Shown here one piece after another: positions 1 through 8,840 of a DNA stretch of 64,000 bases. Numbering within the stretch: position 1 is the stretch's first letter; each line of letters opens with the position of its first letter. The translations under genes were made by a program, and so were the position numbers. The stretch is from contig JALSPC010000165.1 of NCBI GenBank assembly GCA_026986155.1, forward strand, positions 7,870-71,869, in the 5' to 3' direction. The DNA is from a bacterium. Lineage in GTDB: Bacteria; Desulfobacterota; S145-22. Below the pieces are notes generated by a model. It did not search any database. It saw nothing but the letters and a program-made list of their open reading frames with translations, and had not been told where the DNA came from.

Positions 1-378
1 ATGGTTCCCGTTCAACTGAAGGAATCGGCCTACGGGATGGGATCCACCACCTTCGAAGTGGCCCGCAAGGTCACCCTCCGTTACGGCATCGATGGTATCG
101 TGGGGGCCGCTTTCCTGGGCCTGGGACGCGCCCTGGGGGAGACCATGGCCGTGACCTTCGTCATCGGAAATTCTCACAAGATCTCCACGTCCCTCTTCAC
201 CGGCGCCAACAGTATTGCCTCCACCCTGGCAAACGAGTTCACCGAGGCCTCCGACCCTCTCTATCTCAGTTCCCTCGTGGAACTGGGGCTGATCCTCCTC
301 GTTATCACCATCGGGGTTCAGATCCTCTCCCAACTCTGGCTCAAGCGGATGCGCGGCAAATCCGGCAGGGGACTGTAG
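1..378 (+). CDS. pstC: Phosphate ABC transporter permease PstC, C-terminal part (5' end outside window)
   Basis: ORF open to the window start. Permease-like hydrophobic C-terminus. Followed by pstA-pstB-phoU with the stop overlapping the pstA start. Confidence 0.8.
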   Translation: MVPVQLKESAYGMGSTTFEVARKVTLRYGIDGIVGAAFLGLGRALGETMAVTFVIGNSHKISTSLFTGANSIASTLANEFTEASDPLYLSSLVELGLILLVITIGVQILSQLWLKRMRGKSGRGL

Positions 379-379
379 G

Positions 380-1228
380 ATGAAAAGAAGACCCGCCACG
401 TTTCGGAAGCTGACCAATCGCCTCGTCGTGGGTCTTTCCGGGGGTGCCGCCCTGCTGGGGCTCTTTTTCCTGGGTTGGATCCTCATGGGGGTCATTCTAC
501 GGGGAATCTCCGCCCTTTCACCCGATTTTTTCACGAAGCTCCCCACCCCGCCGGGGGTTCCGGGCGGGGGGCTGGTCAACGCCATCGTGGGAACCCTTCT
601 CATCACGCTGGCGGCGGTGTTGCTGGGGGTTCCGCTGGGAATCCTCGGGGGAATCTACCTCTCGGAATTCGGGGAACATTCAAGGGTCGCGGCCACCGTC
701 CGTTTCGCGGCGAACGTCCTGATGGGGACCCCGTCCATCATCGTCGGGGTGTTTATCTACGCAATCATCGTCTTCCCGACGGGGCACTTCTCGGGCTATG
801 CCGGCGCGGTCTCCCTCGCCGTCATCATGCTGCCCGTGGTGGTGCGCACCACGGAGGACATGCTGCGCCTCGTACCCAATACCCTTCGCGAATCGGCCCT
901 GGCTCTGGGCGCGCCCCGGTGGAAGGTCACCTTCCAGGTGGTCTTCCGGGCGGCCAAGTCGGGACTTTTGACGGGCGTGCTGCTGGCCGTGGCACGGGTT
1001 AGCGGGGAGACGGCCCCCCTGCTGTTCACCGCGCTGAACAGCCCCTACTGGGTGAAATCCCTCTCCGGGCCCACGGCCAACCTGACCGTGACCATCTTTA
1101 ACTACGCCATGTCCCCCTACCGGGATTGGCAGCGGCAGGCCTGGGGCGCCTCCCTCCTCATCATGGTGGGGGTTCTGCTGGCGACGCTCCTCGGCCGACG
1201 CGTTCTCAAGGAGAAAAAACGTAAATGA
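380..1228 (+). CDS. pstA: Phosphate ABC transporter permease PstA
   Basis: 282 aa multi-TM protein. ATG at 380 overlaps the pstC stop (TAG 376-378). Operon context with pstB and phoU. Confidence 0.88.
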   Translation: MKRRPATFRKLTNRLVVGLSGGAALLGLFFLGWILMGVILRGISALSPDFFTKLPTPPGVPGGGLVNAIVGTLLITLAAVLLGVPLGILGGIYLSEFGEHSRVAATVRFAANVLMGTPSIIVGVFIYAIIVFPTGHFSGYAGAVSLAVIMLPVVVRTTEDMLRLVPNTLRESALALGAPRWKVTFQVVFRAAKSGLLTGVLLAVARVSGETAPLLFTALNSPYWVKSLSGPTANLTVTIFNYAMSPYRDWQRQAWGASLLIMVGVLLATLLGRRVLKEKKRK

Positions 1229-2115
1229 GCCCTGTCATCAAACCCCTCTACTTCGATTCGGCGGACAAGCGGGGTTTTCGAAACGAGGTTTCGATCGAAA
1301 AGCCCGGTAACCGGCCAGGAAACGAGGAACCCCGGCACGGCGACCAGGCAAAAGACTCCCTGGCACCCAAGATCTCCGTGCGCCATCTCGATTTCTTCTA
1401 CGGAGACTTCCAGGCCCTGAAGGACAATACCCTGGACATCTACGACAAGAAGGTGACGGCCATCATCGGCCCTTCGGGCTGCGGCAAGTCGACACATATC
1501 CGGGTTTACAACCGCATCTACGACCTCTACCGGGAACAGCGGGCGTCCGGAGAGATAAGGATGGACGGAGAGAACATTCTCTCCCCGGGATACGACCTCA
1601 TCGAGCTGCGGCGCCGGGTGGGCATGATCTTCCAGAAACCCACGCCGTTTCCCATGAGCATCAAGGACAACGTGACCTACGGCCTCAAGATGCACTACAA
1701 GATGAGTCGATCGAAGATGATGGAACGGGTGGAGTGGGCGCTGAAACAGGCGGCCCTCTGGGACGAGGTCAAGGAAGACCTGGACCGTCCGGCCACCGCC
1801 CTGTCCGGGGGGCAGCAGCAGCGGCTCTGCATCGCCCGCGCCATCGCGGTGGAGCCGGAAATCCTCCTCATGGACGAACCCACCTCGGCCATCGATCCCA
1901 TCGCCACCTCCAAGATCGAAGACCTGGTGGTCAACCTGAAGGACCGTTTCACCATCGTGATCGTCACGCACAACATGCAGCAGGCGGCCCGCATCTCGGA
2001 CTTCACCGCCTTTTTCTACCGCGGGGTCATCGTGGAATACGGAGAGACGGAAAAGATCTTCACCAAGCCGGCCAAGAAGCAAACGGAGGAATACATCACG
2101 GGGCGGTTCGGGTAA
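1225..2115 (+). CDS. pstB: Phosphate ABC transporter ATP-binding protein PstB
   Basis: Walker [13 protein letters not shown] signature LSGGQQQR, Walker [15 protein letters not shown] overlap with the pstA stop. Confidence 0.93.
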   Translation: MSPVIKPLYFDSADKRGFRNEVSIEKPGNRPGNEEPRHGDQAKDSLAPKISVRHLDFFYGDFQALKDNTLDIYDKKVTAIIGPSGCGKSTHIRVYNRIYDLYREQRASGEIRMDGENILSPGYDLIELRRRVGMIFQKPTPFPMSIKDNVTYGLKMHYKMSRSKMMERVEWALKQAALWDEVKEDLDRPATALSGGQQQRLCIARAIAVEPEILLMDEPTSAIDPIATSKIEDLVVNLKDRFTIVIVTHNMQQAARISDFTAFFYRGVIVEYGETEKIFTKPAKKQTEEYITGRFG

Positions 2116-2205
2116 GAGTCCCGAGCGCCATGTCCAACGGTTACCGTCCCGGGACCTTGCGTTTTGCGCCCAGTTGAATTAAAGATAGATGGAAAGGGAG
2201 AAAAG

Positions 2206-2892
2206 ATGTCGGTTCACCTGCAGAAAGAGATAGAAAAACTGAAAAAACTGATTATCGCCGAGGGAACGGTGGTGGAGGAATCGGTGGCCATGGCGGTCAG
2301 CGCCATCGAGAAACGGGACAGGGGCCTGGCCCGAGAAGTCATCGACATGGATGAAAAAATCGACCAGCTGGAGGTCAACCTGGAGGAGGAGGGCCTCAAG
2401 ATCCTCGCCCTCTACCAGCCGGTCGCCATCGACCTGAGGTTCATCGTGGCCGTCTTGAAAATCAACAACGACCTGGAGCGCATCGGCGACCTCTCGGTGA
2501 ATATCGCCGAGCGGGCCCTCTTCCTGGCGTCCCAGCCCCCCATCGACGTCCCGTTCGACTTCAAGACCATGGCAGCCAAGGCCCGGGAGATGCTTAAAAA
2601 CAGCCTGGACGCATTGGTGAAGATGGACACGGGAACTGCGAAGGAGGTCTGCGCCGCGGACGACGTGGTGGACGAAATTAACCGGCAGATGTATTCCCAG
2701 GTGAAGGAAGGCATTCGCGAGCAGCCCGCCCGGCTGGAATGTCTCATCCATTTTCTCCTCGTCTCGCGCCACCTGGAAAGAATCGCCGACCTGACCACCA
2801 ATATCGCCGAGGACGTCATCTACATGATCGACGGGATGATCGTCCGGCACAAGGTGGAAGATTACGTGGCGCAAGCGCCCTCAAGAGCCTGA
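2206..2892 (+). CDS. phoU: Phosphate signalling complex protein PhoU
   Basis: Two PhoU-type helical repeats (RIGDLSVNIAE / RIADLTTNIAED). ATG at 2206 preceded by GGGAG; the ORF track uses an upstream TTG at 2164. Immediately follows pstB. Confidence 0.88.
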   Translation: MSVHLQKEIEKLKKLIIAEGTVVEESVAMAVSAIEKRDRGLAREVIDMDEKIDQLEVNLEEEGLKILALYQPVAIDLRFIVAVLKINNDLERIGDLSVNIAERALFLASQPPIDVPFDFKTMAAKAREMLKNSLDALVKMDTGTAKEVCAADDVVDEINRQMYSQVKEGIREQPARLECLIHFLLVSRHLERIADLTTNIAEDVIYMIDGMIVRHKVEDYVAQAPSRA

Positions 2893-3572
2893 AAGGAACG
2901 GCACGCTACTTTTTATCCAGCGTTTTCCGGATTTGATTGCGAGGTCTCTCGCGTGAAAGACTTTTAAAAATCATATTGCCTCCTTCACGTTATTCACTGT
3001 CACCATTCCCAAGTTTCTCAAGAACCCCAGGGGGCACCACAAAGACATCTTTCTCGGTCTTGACCAGAACCCACAACCCGCGGGATCGGAACCATCAAAT
3101 GTGCAAGGTGGGCAGGAGAAGATACCGCTTCTGTTCCAAGGAGAAGAAGATCCACTTAACCGTGCTCCGCGCGGAGAAGAAGATCAAGATCTTTCGCGAG
3201 AAGTATCAATGGCGATTGGGGATTAAGGCGACATAGTCCGCCCTGAATCGGCTTAAAGGATCCAGGCGGTTGCGATCCAGAGGGATAGACGCGCGAAGAT
3301 GAGTGTCCTGCTTAGACTTCTTGGGTTAAAGCTGTGTAGCGGAAATTCTGCCTTGATAACCACAATGAGAGGTCAAACAGGCCGACAGAAGTCGTATTTT
3401 GGATTTTTATGGTATTTTTCAAGGCGTTTATGGTCGAAATCTGGGGCATGATGAACGAATCAAGGCTGTCCAAAACAGCTTTTCCACGGATTCAGCGTCC
3501 CAGGCTGCAAATGACAATTTGAACCCTTTTGGGGTCTCCCAAACCATCATGCTTGTCCTGTTGACGAAGGAA

Positions 3573-3601
3573 TTGACACCTCTTTTTGGATAGGTTAGAA
3601 A
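3573..3601 (+). promoter_or_regulatory. Candidate sigma70-like promoter of the low-GC cassette (TTGACA-N17-TAGAAA)
   Basis: TTGACA at 3573-3578, a 17-nt spacer, then TAGAAA at 3596-3601. GGAGG RBS at 3611-3615 and ATG at 3624. Confidence 0.3.
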
Positions 3602-3623
3602 TCATATTCTGGAGGCAACGATC

Positions 3624-4253
3624 ATGGCGAAATGGAAAATGAATTGCCCTTTTTCTGGAAAGGGTTGCAAGGAATGCTCAATATATCGGGGGAGACACTA
3701 TTTTCTTTGTTTTTCTAAGAGGTATAGAGGTGTCATTGGAGACCGGGTGGATAATTTCGAGGAGGTCTTGAAGAACACCTCCTTTTTCCCTTCGTCGAGA
3801 GACGAAAAAAGAGAGCCGAAAGTTTCCATGGAGAAGTGGGATAAATCCGTTTTCGGCACGGAGACGGTTTTAATTGTGGAAGACGACGATTTCTGGCAGG
3901 ATTTCCTGCGTTGGGCTCTTGACGACACGGGATACAATATTATCATTGCCAGTGGCAAGGAGGCTATTGATATCTTCGATAAGCGTTGCGATGAAATAGA
4001 CCTTGTCATCGCGGATGCGGCATCGTCGGGAAGAGGAATAATCCGTTACGCGAAGGAAAAGAAACCTTCCGTAAAGGCCATACTGACGACTGGAAACTAT
4101 TCCGCGGTTTCAGATTTTCACGATGAAAATCGGGTGGCCGCGGTTTTGCAAAAACCCTACAGCTCTTACACGCTGGTAAGGACGGTGCGAGATGTCTTGG
4201 ACGGGAAAGTTTTTTCTCGACAGGATCTTGAAACAGCAGCGGCAGTTTCGTAA
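3624..4253 (+). CDS. Orphan response-regulator receiver (REC) domain protein with an N-terminal four-cysteine motif and no output domain
   Basis: GGAGG 8 nt upstream of ATG 3624. N-terminus carries four cysteines spaced C-x6-C-x2-C-x10-C (CPFSGKGC KEC ... FLCF). Canonical receiver signatures: acidic EDDD, phospho-acceptor Asp in DLVIAD, conserved T in ILTTG, conserved K in LQKPY. Low GC compared with the flanks. Confidence 0.7.
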   Translation: MAKWKMNCPFSGKGCKECSIYRGRHYFLCFSKRYRGVIGDRVDNFEEVLKNTSFFPSSRDEKREPKVSMEKWDKSVFGTETVLIVEDDDFWQDFLRWALDDTGYNIIIASGKEAIDIFDKRCDEIDLVIADAASSGRGIIRYAKEKKPSVKAILTTGNYSAVSDFHDENRVAAVLQKPYSSYTLVRTVRDVLDGKVFSRQDLETAAAVS

Positions 4254-4293
4254 GAATCAAGACGGGGAAAACAACAAAAAAGGAGGAGATACC

Positions 4294-4569
4294 ATGCCTG
4301 ACGTTGAAAAAGCCAAATCTCTCATCCCGTATTTCGAGGAACAGTTGCCGGGGTACACCATTGAGTTCAAGTATGTCACCCACATGCGCTTTGAATACCG
4401 GTTTATCCAGAAGGGCAAGATTCAATACCGCGTGGCCTTGTCCATCGATCTGGTGGACAAACATTCTAAGGAAGAGATCATTGCCCATTTGGAAAAGAAA
4501 AACTGGAAGGCGGAACTGGAGAAGCTGGATCCCATAACCAACACGACAGCCTATTTTGGAGAGGATTAA
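4294..4569 (+). CDS. Hypothetical small protein (91 aa), second gene of the low-GC cassette
   Basis: AGGAGG at 4281-4286, 7 nt before ATG 4294. Lies 40 nt after gene 1. No family recognised by eye. Confidence 0.55.
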   Translation: MPDVEKAKSLIPYFEEQLPGYTIEFKYVTHMRFEYRFIQKGKIQYRVALSIDLVDKHSKEEIIAHLEKKNWKAELEKLDPITNTTAYFGED

Positions 4570-4583
4570 CCTCCTTTTCCATC

Positions 4584-4955
4584 ATGGTATTCAGGACACT
4601 GGACGATGTCAGAAAGGTGTGGGACCAGATACAATGGGATCTCACGCCCCAAAAGGTGACGCTCCGATTGAGGAAGGCCTTTGCGGAGCCCGATAAAAAT
4701 CAGGCATTGATTGCGTCCATGCGGGGGTACTATTTTTGTATCAACGTATGGGGATGCAAGGCTTATCTGGCCCTGGTGGATCATGTGGAGAATTTCGGGG
4801 AACCGTATATCCTGGAAGACGCTGGAATTCCAGAGGAAATTTTGGAGAAGGCCGTTTTCGAACAGGGGGGATCCATGCTGATAGCCGGCCTATATGCCAT
4901 TGACGACGCCATAAAAAAAATGATTATGGAAAGGATCGGGGGTGAACGGAAATGA
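4584..4955 (+). CDS. Hypothetical protein (123 aa), third gene of the low-GC cassette
   Basis: ATG 14 nt after the gene 2 stop. Ends 22 nt before a strong intrinsic terminator. No family recognised. Confidence 0.55.
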   Translation: MVFRTLDDVRKVWDQIQWDLTPQKVTLRLRKAFAEPDKNQALIASMRGYYFCINVWGCKAYLALVDHVENFGEPYILEDAGIPEEILEKAVFEQGGSMLIAGLYAIDDAIKKMIMERIGGERK

Positions 4956-4976
4956 AGAAATTCATGGGACACGACG

Positions 4977-5002
4977 GGAGGCCATGCGGCCTCCCTTTTT
5001 TG
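4977..5002 (+). terminator. Rho-independent terminator
   Basis: Perfect 8-bp GC-rich stem GGGAGGCC / GGCCTCCC with loop ATGC, followed by TTTTTT (4997-5002). Confidence 0.7.
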
Positions 5003-5169
5003 TGCGCCTGACAGGGTATCGATACAGCGAAATGAAAATCCTCTACGAACCGAGGTGATGGGAAACGTTAACTGAGGGCAAGAGTGTTTTTGCGAAGCGG
5101 GGTTTTTTATTTCTCTGTGTTTGTGTATAAAAACATAAAGAGATTTTGAAATAGAAGGAGACGAAAACC

Positions 5170-5931
5170 ATGCAATACGCGCTGGTTCGGGGTATCCCCG
5201 ATAGTTTCGACCAGTGTATCAAGCCCAAGGACAATCCGCGGCCCATCGACGTGGCACTGGCGAGGCGGCAGCACCAGCGTTACTGCGAGATTTTGTCCCA
5301 GTTGGGCTGGACGGTGATCCTGGCGCCCCCGGATGACCGGCTTCCCGATTGCCCCTTCACGGAGGACACGGCCGTGGTGGCAGGGAAACGGGTCCTTATC
5401 ACCCGTCCCGGCGCGGCCTCTCGGAGGGACGAGGTTAAGGTATCAGCGGAGATCTTAGGACATTTTCTGGACCTGACCCGCATGGCTTCCCCCGCCACCC
5501 TCGAGGGCGGGGATGTCCTCCAGGTGGGGAATACCCTCTTCGTGGGGCGGACGAAAAGGACCAATGACGCGGGAATCAAGGCGCTGTCGGACTGGGCGGG
5601 GGCCTCCCGCACCGTTGTTCCCGTCGCGCTCACCGGCGCGCTGCACCTGAAAACCATCGTGAACGTCCTGGACGCCGGGACCGTGGTTGTCTCGGGCGAC
5701 GGGGTTGACCCGGGGATCTTCTCGGCCTGTAAAGTTTTAAAGGCCCCGGAGGCGGAAGCCTCCCGGCTGAGCTTTCTTCCGCTGGGAAGGCAGGTTATTC
5801 TCCCCGCCGACTGCCCGGAAACGGCCCGGCTTTTCGAACGGGAGGGTTTTGCGACGATTCCCATCGACATCTCCGAGATACGCAAGGCCCAGGCGGGGCT
5901 GACCTGCATGTCTGTCTTGTTCGAGGCTTGA
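5170..5931 (+). CDS. N(G),N(G)-dimethylarginine dimethylaminohydrolase-like amidinohydrolase (amidinotransferase superfamily)
   Basis: GAAGGAG RBS upstream of ATG 5170. 253 aa. The C-terminal GLTCMSVL motif carries the active-site Cys typical of DDAH / arginine deiminase-fold enzymes. Confidence 0.75.
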   Translation: MQYALVRGIPDSFDQCIKPKDNPRPIDVALARRQHQRYCEILSQLGWTVILAPPDDRLPDCPFTEDTAVVAGKRVLITRPGAASRRDEVKVSAEILGHFLDLTRMASPATLEGGDVLQVGNTLFVGRTKRTNDAGIKALSDWAGASRTVVPVALTGALHLKTIVNVLDAGTVVVSGDGVDPGIFSACKVLKAPEAEASRLSFLPLGRQVILPADCPETARLFEREGFATIPIDISEIRKAQAGLTCMSVLFEA

Positions 5932-5938
5932 TCTGTCC

Positions 5939-7036
5939 ATGACACCCGCGGAAAAAATCCTTGCGGCACGCATTGCGCGCGAGGGCCCGATTCCCTTCCG
6001 GGACTTCATGGAAACCGCCCTCTATCACCCGGAGACGGGCTATTACACGGCCCAGGCGGGGCAGATAGGGGAGGCGGGCGATTACTACACGGCAAGTTCT
6101 CTGGGATCCCTGTTCGGAAGGATGCTGGCGCGTCAGTTCCAGGAGATGCTCTCCGGCATGGACGCGACCATGATTGTCGAGGCCGGGGCGGGTAAGGGCA
6201 TCCTGGCGCGCGATATCCTCGAGGCCTGGTCGGGGGGCAGGGATGAGGCGCGGTATGTCATCGTCGAAAGGAGCCCCGCGTTGCGGGCGGTCCAGGAAGA
6301 GGTCCTGGGCGGAAGGAAGGTGTCATGGGTTGAGACCGTGAACGACCTTCCAGAAATCGAGGGCGTCATCTTTTCCAACGAACTTTTCGACGCCTTCCCC
6401 GTTCACGTGGTGGAGATGACGGAGGACGGCCTGAAAGAGGTTTTCGTGGATTGGCGCGAGGGGTTCGAAGAGGTGCTGATGCCCCCGTCAACCCCTTTGC
6501 TCGCCGATTATTTCGAGACCCTCGGGGTTTTACTTCCGGCCGGCTTTCGCGCGGAGGTGAACCTGGAGGCCCGCGCGTGGCTGAAGGCGGCCGCTTCGAA
6601 ACTGGCGCGGGGGTATCTGGTCACCATCGATTACGGCTATCCCACGCGTGAACTCTACCAGGATTACCGGCGGCGCGGCACCCTCATGGCCTACGAGCGG
6701 CACCAGGCGCTGGAGGACCTTTACGAGAACGTGGGGCGCAGGGACCTGACGGCCCACGTCAATTTCTCCGCGCTGGCCACATGGGGGAAGGCGTTCGGAC
6801 TGAACGTGACGGGGTTCACTGACCAGGCCCATTTCCTGATGAGTCTGGGGATTCTGGATGTCTTGTCGGACGCCGGCACGCCGGAAGAGGTCAAGGCCCG
6901 CCTCAACGCCAAGTCCCTCCTCTTGCCGGGGGGGATGGGCGAGATCTTCAAGGTCCTCATCCAGCACAAGGGGCTCACGCCGCCGCCTCTTTCGGGATTG
7001 AGCCACTTGCCGAGACGGGCGAGCTGCCGGTTGTAA
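5939..7036 (+). CDS. Class I SAM-dependent methyltransferase, MidA / NDUFAF7-like (DUF185)
   Basis: 365 aa. Glycine-rich SAM-binding motif VEAGAGKGILARD and overall MidA-like layout. Starts 8 nt after the ddaH-like gene. Confidence 0.75.
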   Translation: MTPAEKILAARIAREGPIPFRDFMETALYHPETGYYTAQAGQIGEAGDYYTASSLGSLFGRMLARQFQEMLSGMDATMIVEAGAGKGILARDILEAWSGGRDEARYVIVERSPALRAVQEEVLGGRKVSWVETVNDLPEIEGVIFSNELFDAFPVHVVEMTEDGLKEVFVDWREGFEEVLMPPSTPLLADYFETLGVLLPAGFRAEVNLEARAWLKAAASKLARGYLVTIDYGYPTRELYQDYRRRGTLMAYERHQALEDLYENVGRRDLTAHVNFSALATWGKAFGLNVTGFTDQAHFLMSLGILDVLSDAGTPEEVKARLNAKSLLLPGGMGEIFKVLIQHKGLTPPPLSGLSHLPRRASCRL

Positions 7037-7054
7037 TAATTTTTGGAGATTAAG

Positions 7055-8544
7055 ATGTCGAAAAAAAAGAAGATTGGGCGGAATGACCCGTGTCCCTGCG
7101 GGAGCGGGAAGAAGTACAAAAACTGCTGTCTGAAAAAGGAGATCCAAACGGTGGATCTTTTTTGGCGGAGGACACGGGAAGCCCTGCAAGCCTCCTCGGA
7201 CGCGCTGCTGAATTTTGCTGAAAAAAGAGTGGGTGATTGGGGCCTGTCTGTTGCCGCGGGCGAGTTTTTTTTTTGTGGCCTGATGATCCTTTGGTTTTGA
7301 CTGATTTATTGAGAGGACACTTCGATATTTTTGCTCCGTGGTTTATCTACAATTGGGTCTACGACCCCGAGGAATTGGAAGATGAGGGCATAGAGTTGCC
7401 TATTCCTCCCAATATGACGCTTTCGCAGATCTTTCTGGAGAAGAGAGGGAAAAACCTGGACAGCCTTCAACGCCGCGTGCTGGAGGCGAATATAAGACGG
7501 CCCTACACCTTTTACGAAGTAAAAAGCTGCCGTCCGGGTGAGGGGGTTCAACTCGAAGATCTCATCCTTGGTGATGTCATCGATGTGTTTGAAGAGAAGG
7601 GATCGGAAAACTTGAATCCGGGAGATATCCTTTTCGCGCGAACCGTCACGATCGATCATGTCACCATGCTCGACGGGTGTGGCAAACATAAAATTCCGAG
7701 CGATTTCAAGGAAAACATCCTTGAGTTCAGGGATAGGATATTACAAGCTTACGATACGCTGACGTGGGAGGTTCTCGAGGAATATGACATGGAGATACGG
7801 GATTTTTATTTCTATGTCTGCGATGATTTTCTGGAGCCGCTTGTTTCCCAGAATACGGATGGCGATCCGCTTCTCTTCCATACCCTTTATTACGAAATTG
7901 ATGACCCGGGGGAGGCGTTTGAAAAATTGCGCCCGCTCGCCAAGGGCATCAGTAAGCAAAAGCTGCTGGACGAGGCCCTTTACGACAGAAACGGCAATCT
8001 GGTCGAGATTGAATTTCCTTGGCTGCGGAAGGGATTTAAGGGGAACGCGTTGTTTGACGATACCGTTCTTGGGAATATCTATATTAAGAAAGATATCTTA
8101 ATCATTGATGTGAATTCAGCTAAGCGGGCGGAGAAGATAAAAAATGAGATCACAAAACGTCTGAAGGGACATGCCAGGTTGCGTGACACGGATATCCAGA
8201 CCCTTGAAGAGGTCCGAGGCGGGGAGGAAGATGACTGGGATGAGGACTTGGAAGACGAGCTTGATGACGAAGCTTTGCTGAAGAGACCGGAAATCCAGGA
8301 AGGCCTCGTGAAAATACTCAACGGTAAATGGGAAGAATGGCTTGACGAGGAAGTCCCGTTCTTCGGCGGGAAAATACCCCGCGAAATGGTCAAGACAAAG
8401 GAGGGCCGCGATCGGGTGCGGGATTTCTTGAAGTTTATGGAAATGGAGGTGCGTAAAGATGAAGTGATGGGCGCCGCCCATCTGCGCGGTATCCAGAAAG
8501 TGAGAAAGGCCCTGGGGCTTCCCGTTGATGGCGAGGAGGAATAA
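7055..8544 (+). pseudogene. SEC-C metal-binding motif protein interrupted by a frameshift at a T10 homopolymer (85-aa and 435-aa ORFs)
   Basis: N-terminal SEC-C motif [15 protein letters not shown] from ATG 7055. The reading frame changes at T10 (7265-7274). Adding one T fuses the upstream frame to the downstream ORF (…[19 protein letters not shown]…). The C-terminal part is acidic (EEDDWDEDLEDELDDE). Low GC. Confidence 0.5.
7265..7274 (+). repeat. Poly-T (T10) homopolymer tract at the frameshift site
   Basis: Ten consecutive T's counted directly in the sequence. Confidence 0.9.
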
Positions 8545-8767
8545 GAGCTTAAAAGGTCCAAGCCTCGCCATTTCAAGGGCATTAAGCATTATTTACGGCT
8601 TCATAAAAAGTCCAATGCCCGCACCTGCCAGCGCGTGACCGCGCGCAGACAGGTCGCGTTGCGTCCCTCATATTGCGACTGGCTTCAAATGCGTTTCAGC
8701 CCTAACAAATCGCGCTTCTTGAACTACTTTGCCTTATAAAAATATAGGTTTGGCGAGATTATCAGAT

Positions 8768-8796
8768 TTGACATAACGGGAAAGGCGTGCTATTGA
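8768..8796 (+). promoter_or_regulatory. Candidate promoter of the marR-RND efflux operon (TTGACA-N17-TATTGA)
   Basis: TTGACA at 8768-8773, a 17-nt spacer, then TATTGA at 8791-8796. GAGG RBS at 8832-8835 and ATG at 8841. Confidence 0.4.
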
Positions 8797-8798
8797 TA

Positions 8799-8819
8799 GG
8801 CTCCTAATAATTAGGAGCC
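8799..8819 (+). promoter_or_regulatory. Perfect 10-bp inverted repeat GGCTCCTAAT-A-ATTAGGAGCC, putative MarR autoregulatory operator
   Basis: Perfect palindrome immediately downstream of the -10 element and 22 nt upstream of the marR start codon. Confidence 0.5.
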
Positions 8820-8840
8820 AAAATATCGTGTGAGGTAAAA

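Noticed and set aside
2937-3236. 99-aa ORF (and 64-aa ORF 3399-3593) in the long phoU-downstream spacer.
   Set aside because: The amino-acid composition looks like translated non-coding DNA (RS/PR-rich, no hydrophobic core). There is no RBS. They are treated as non-coding.
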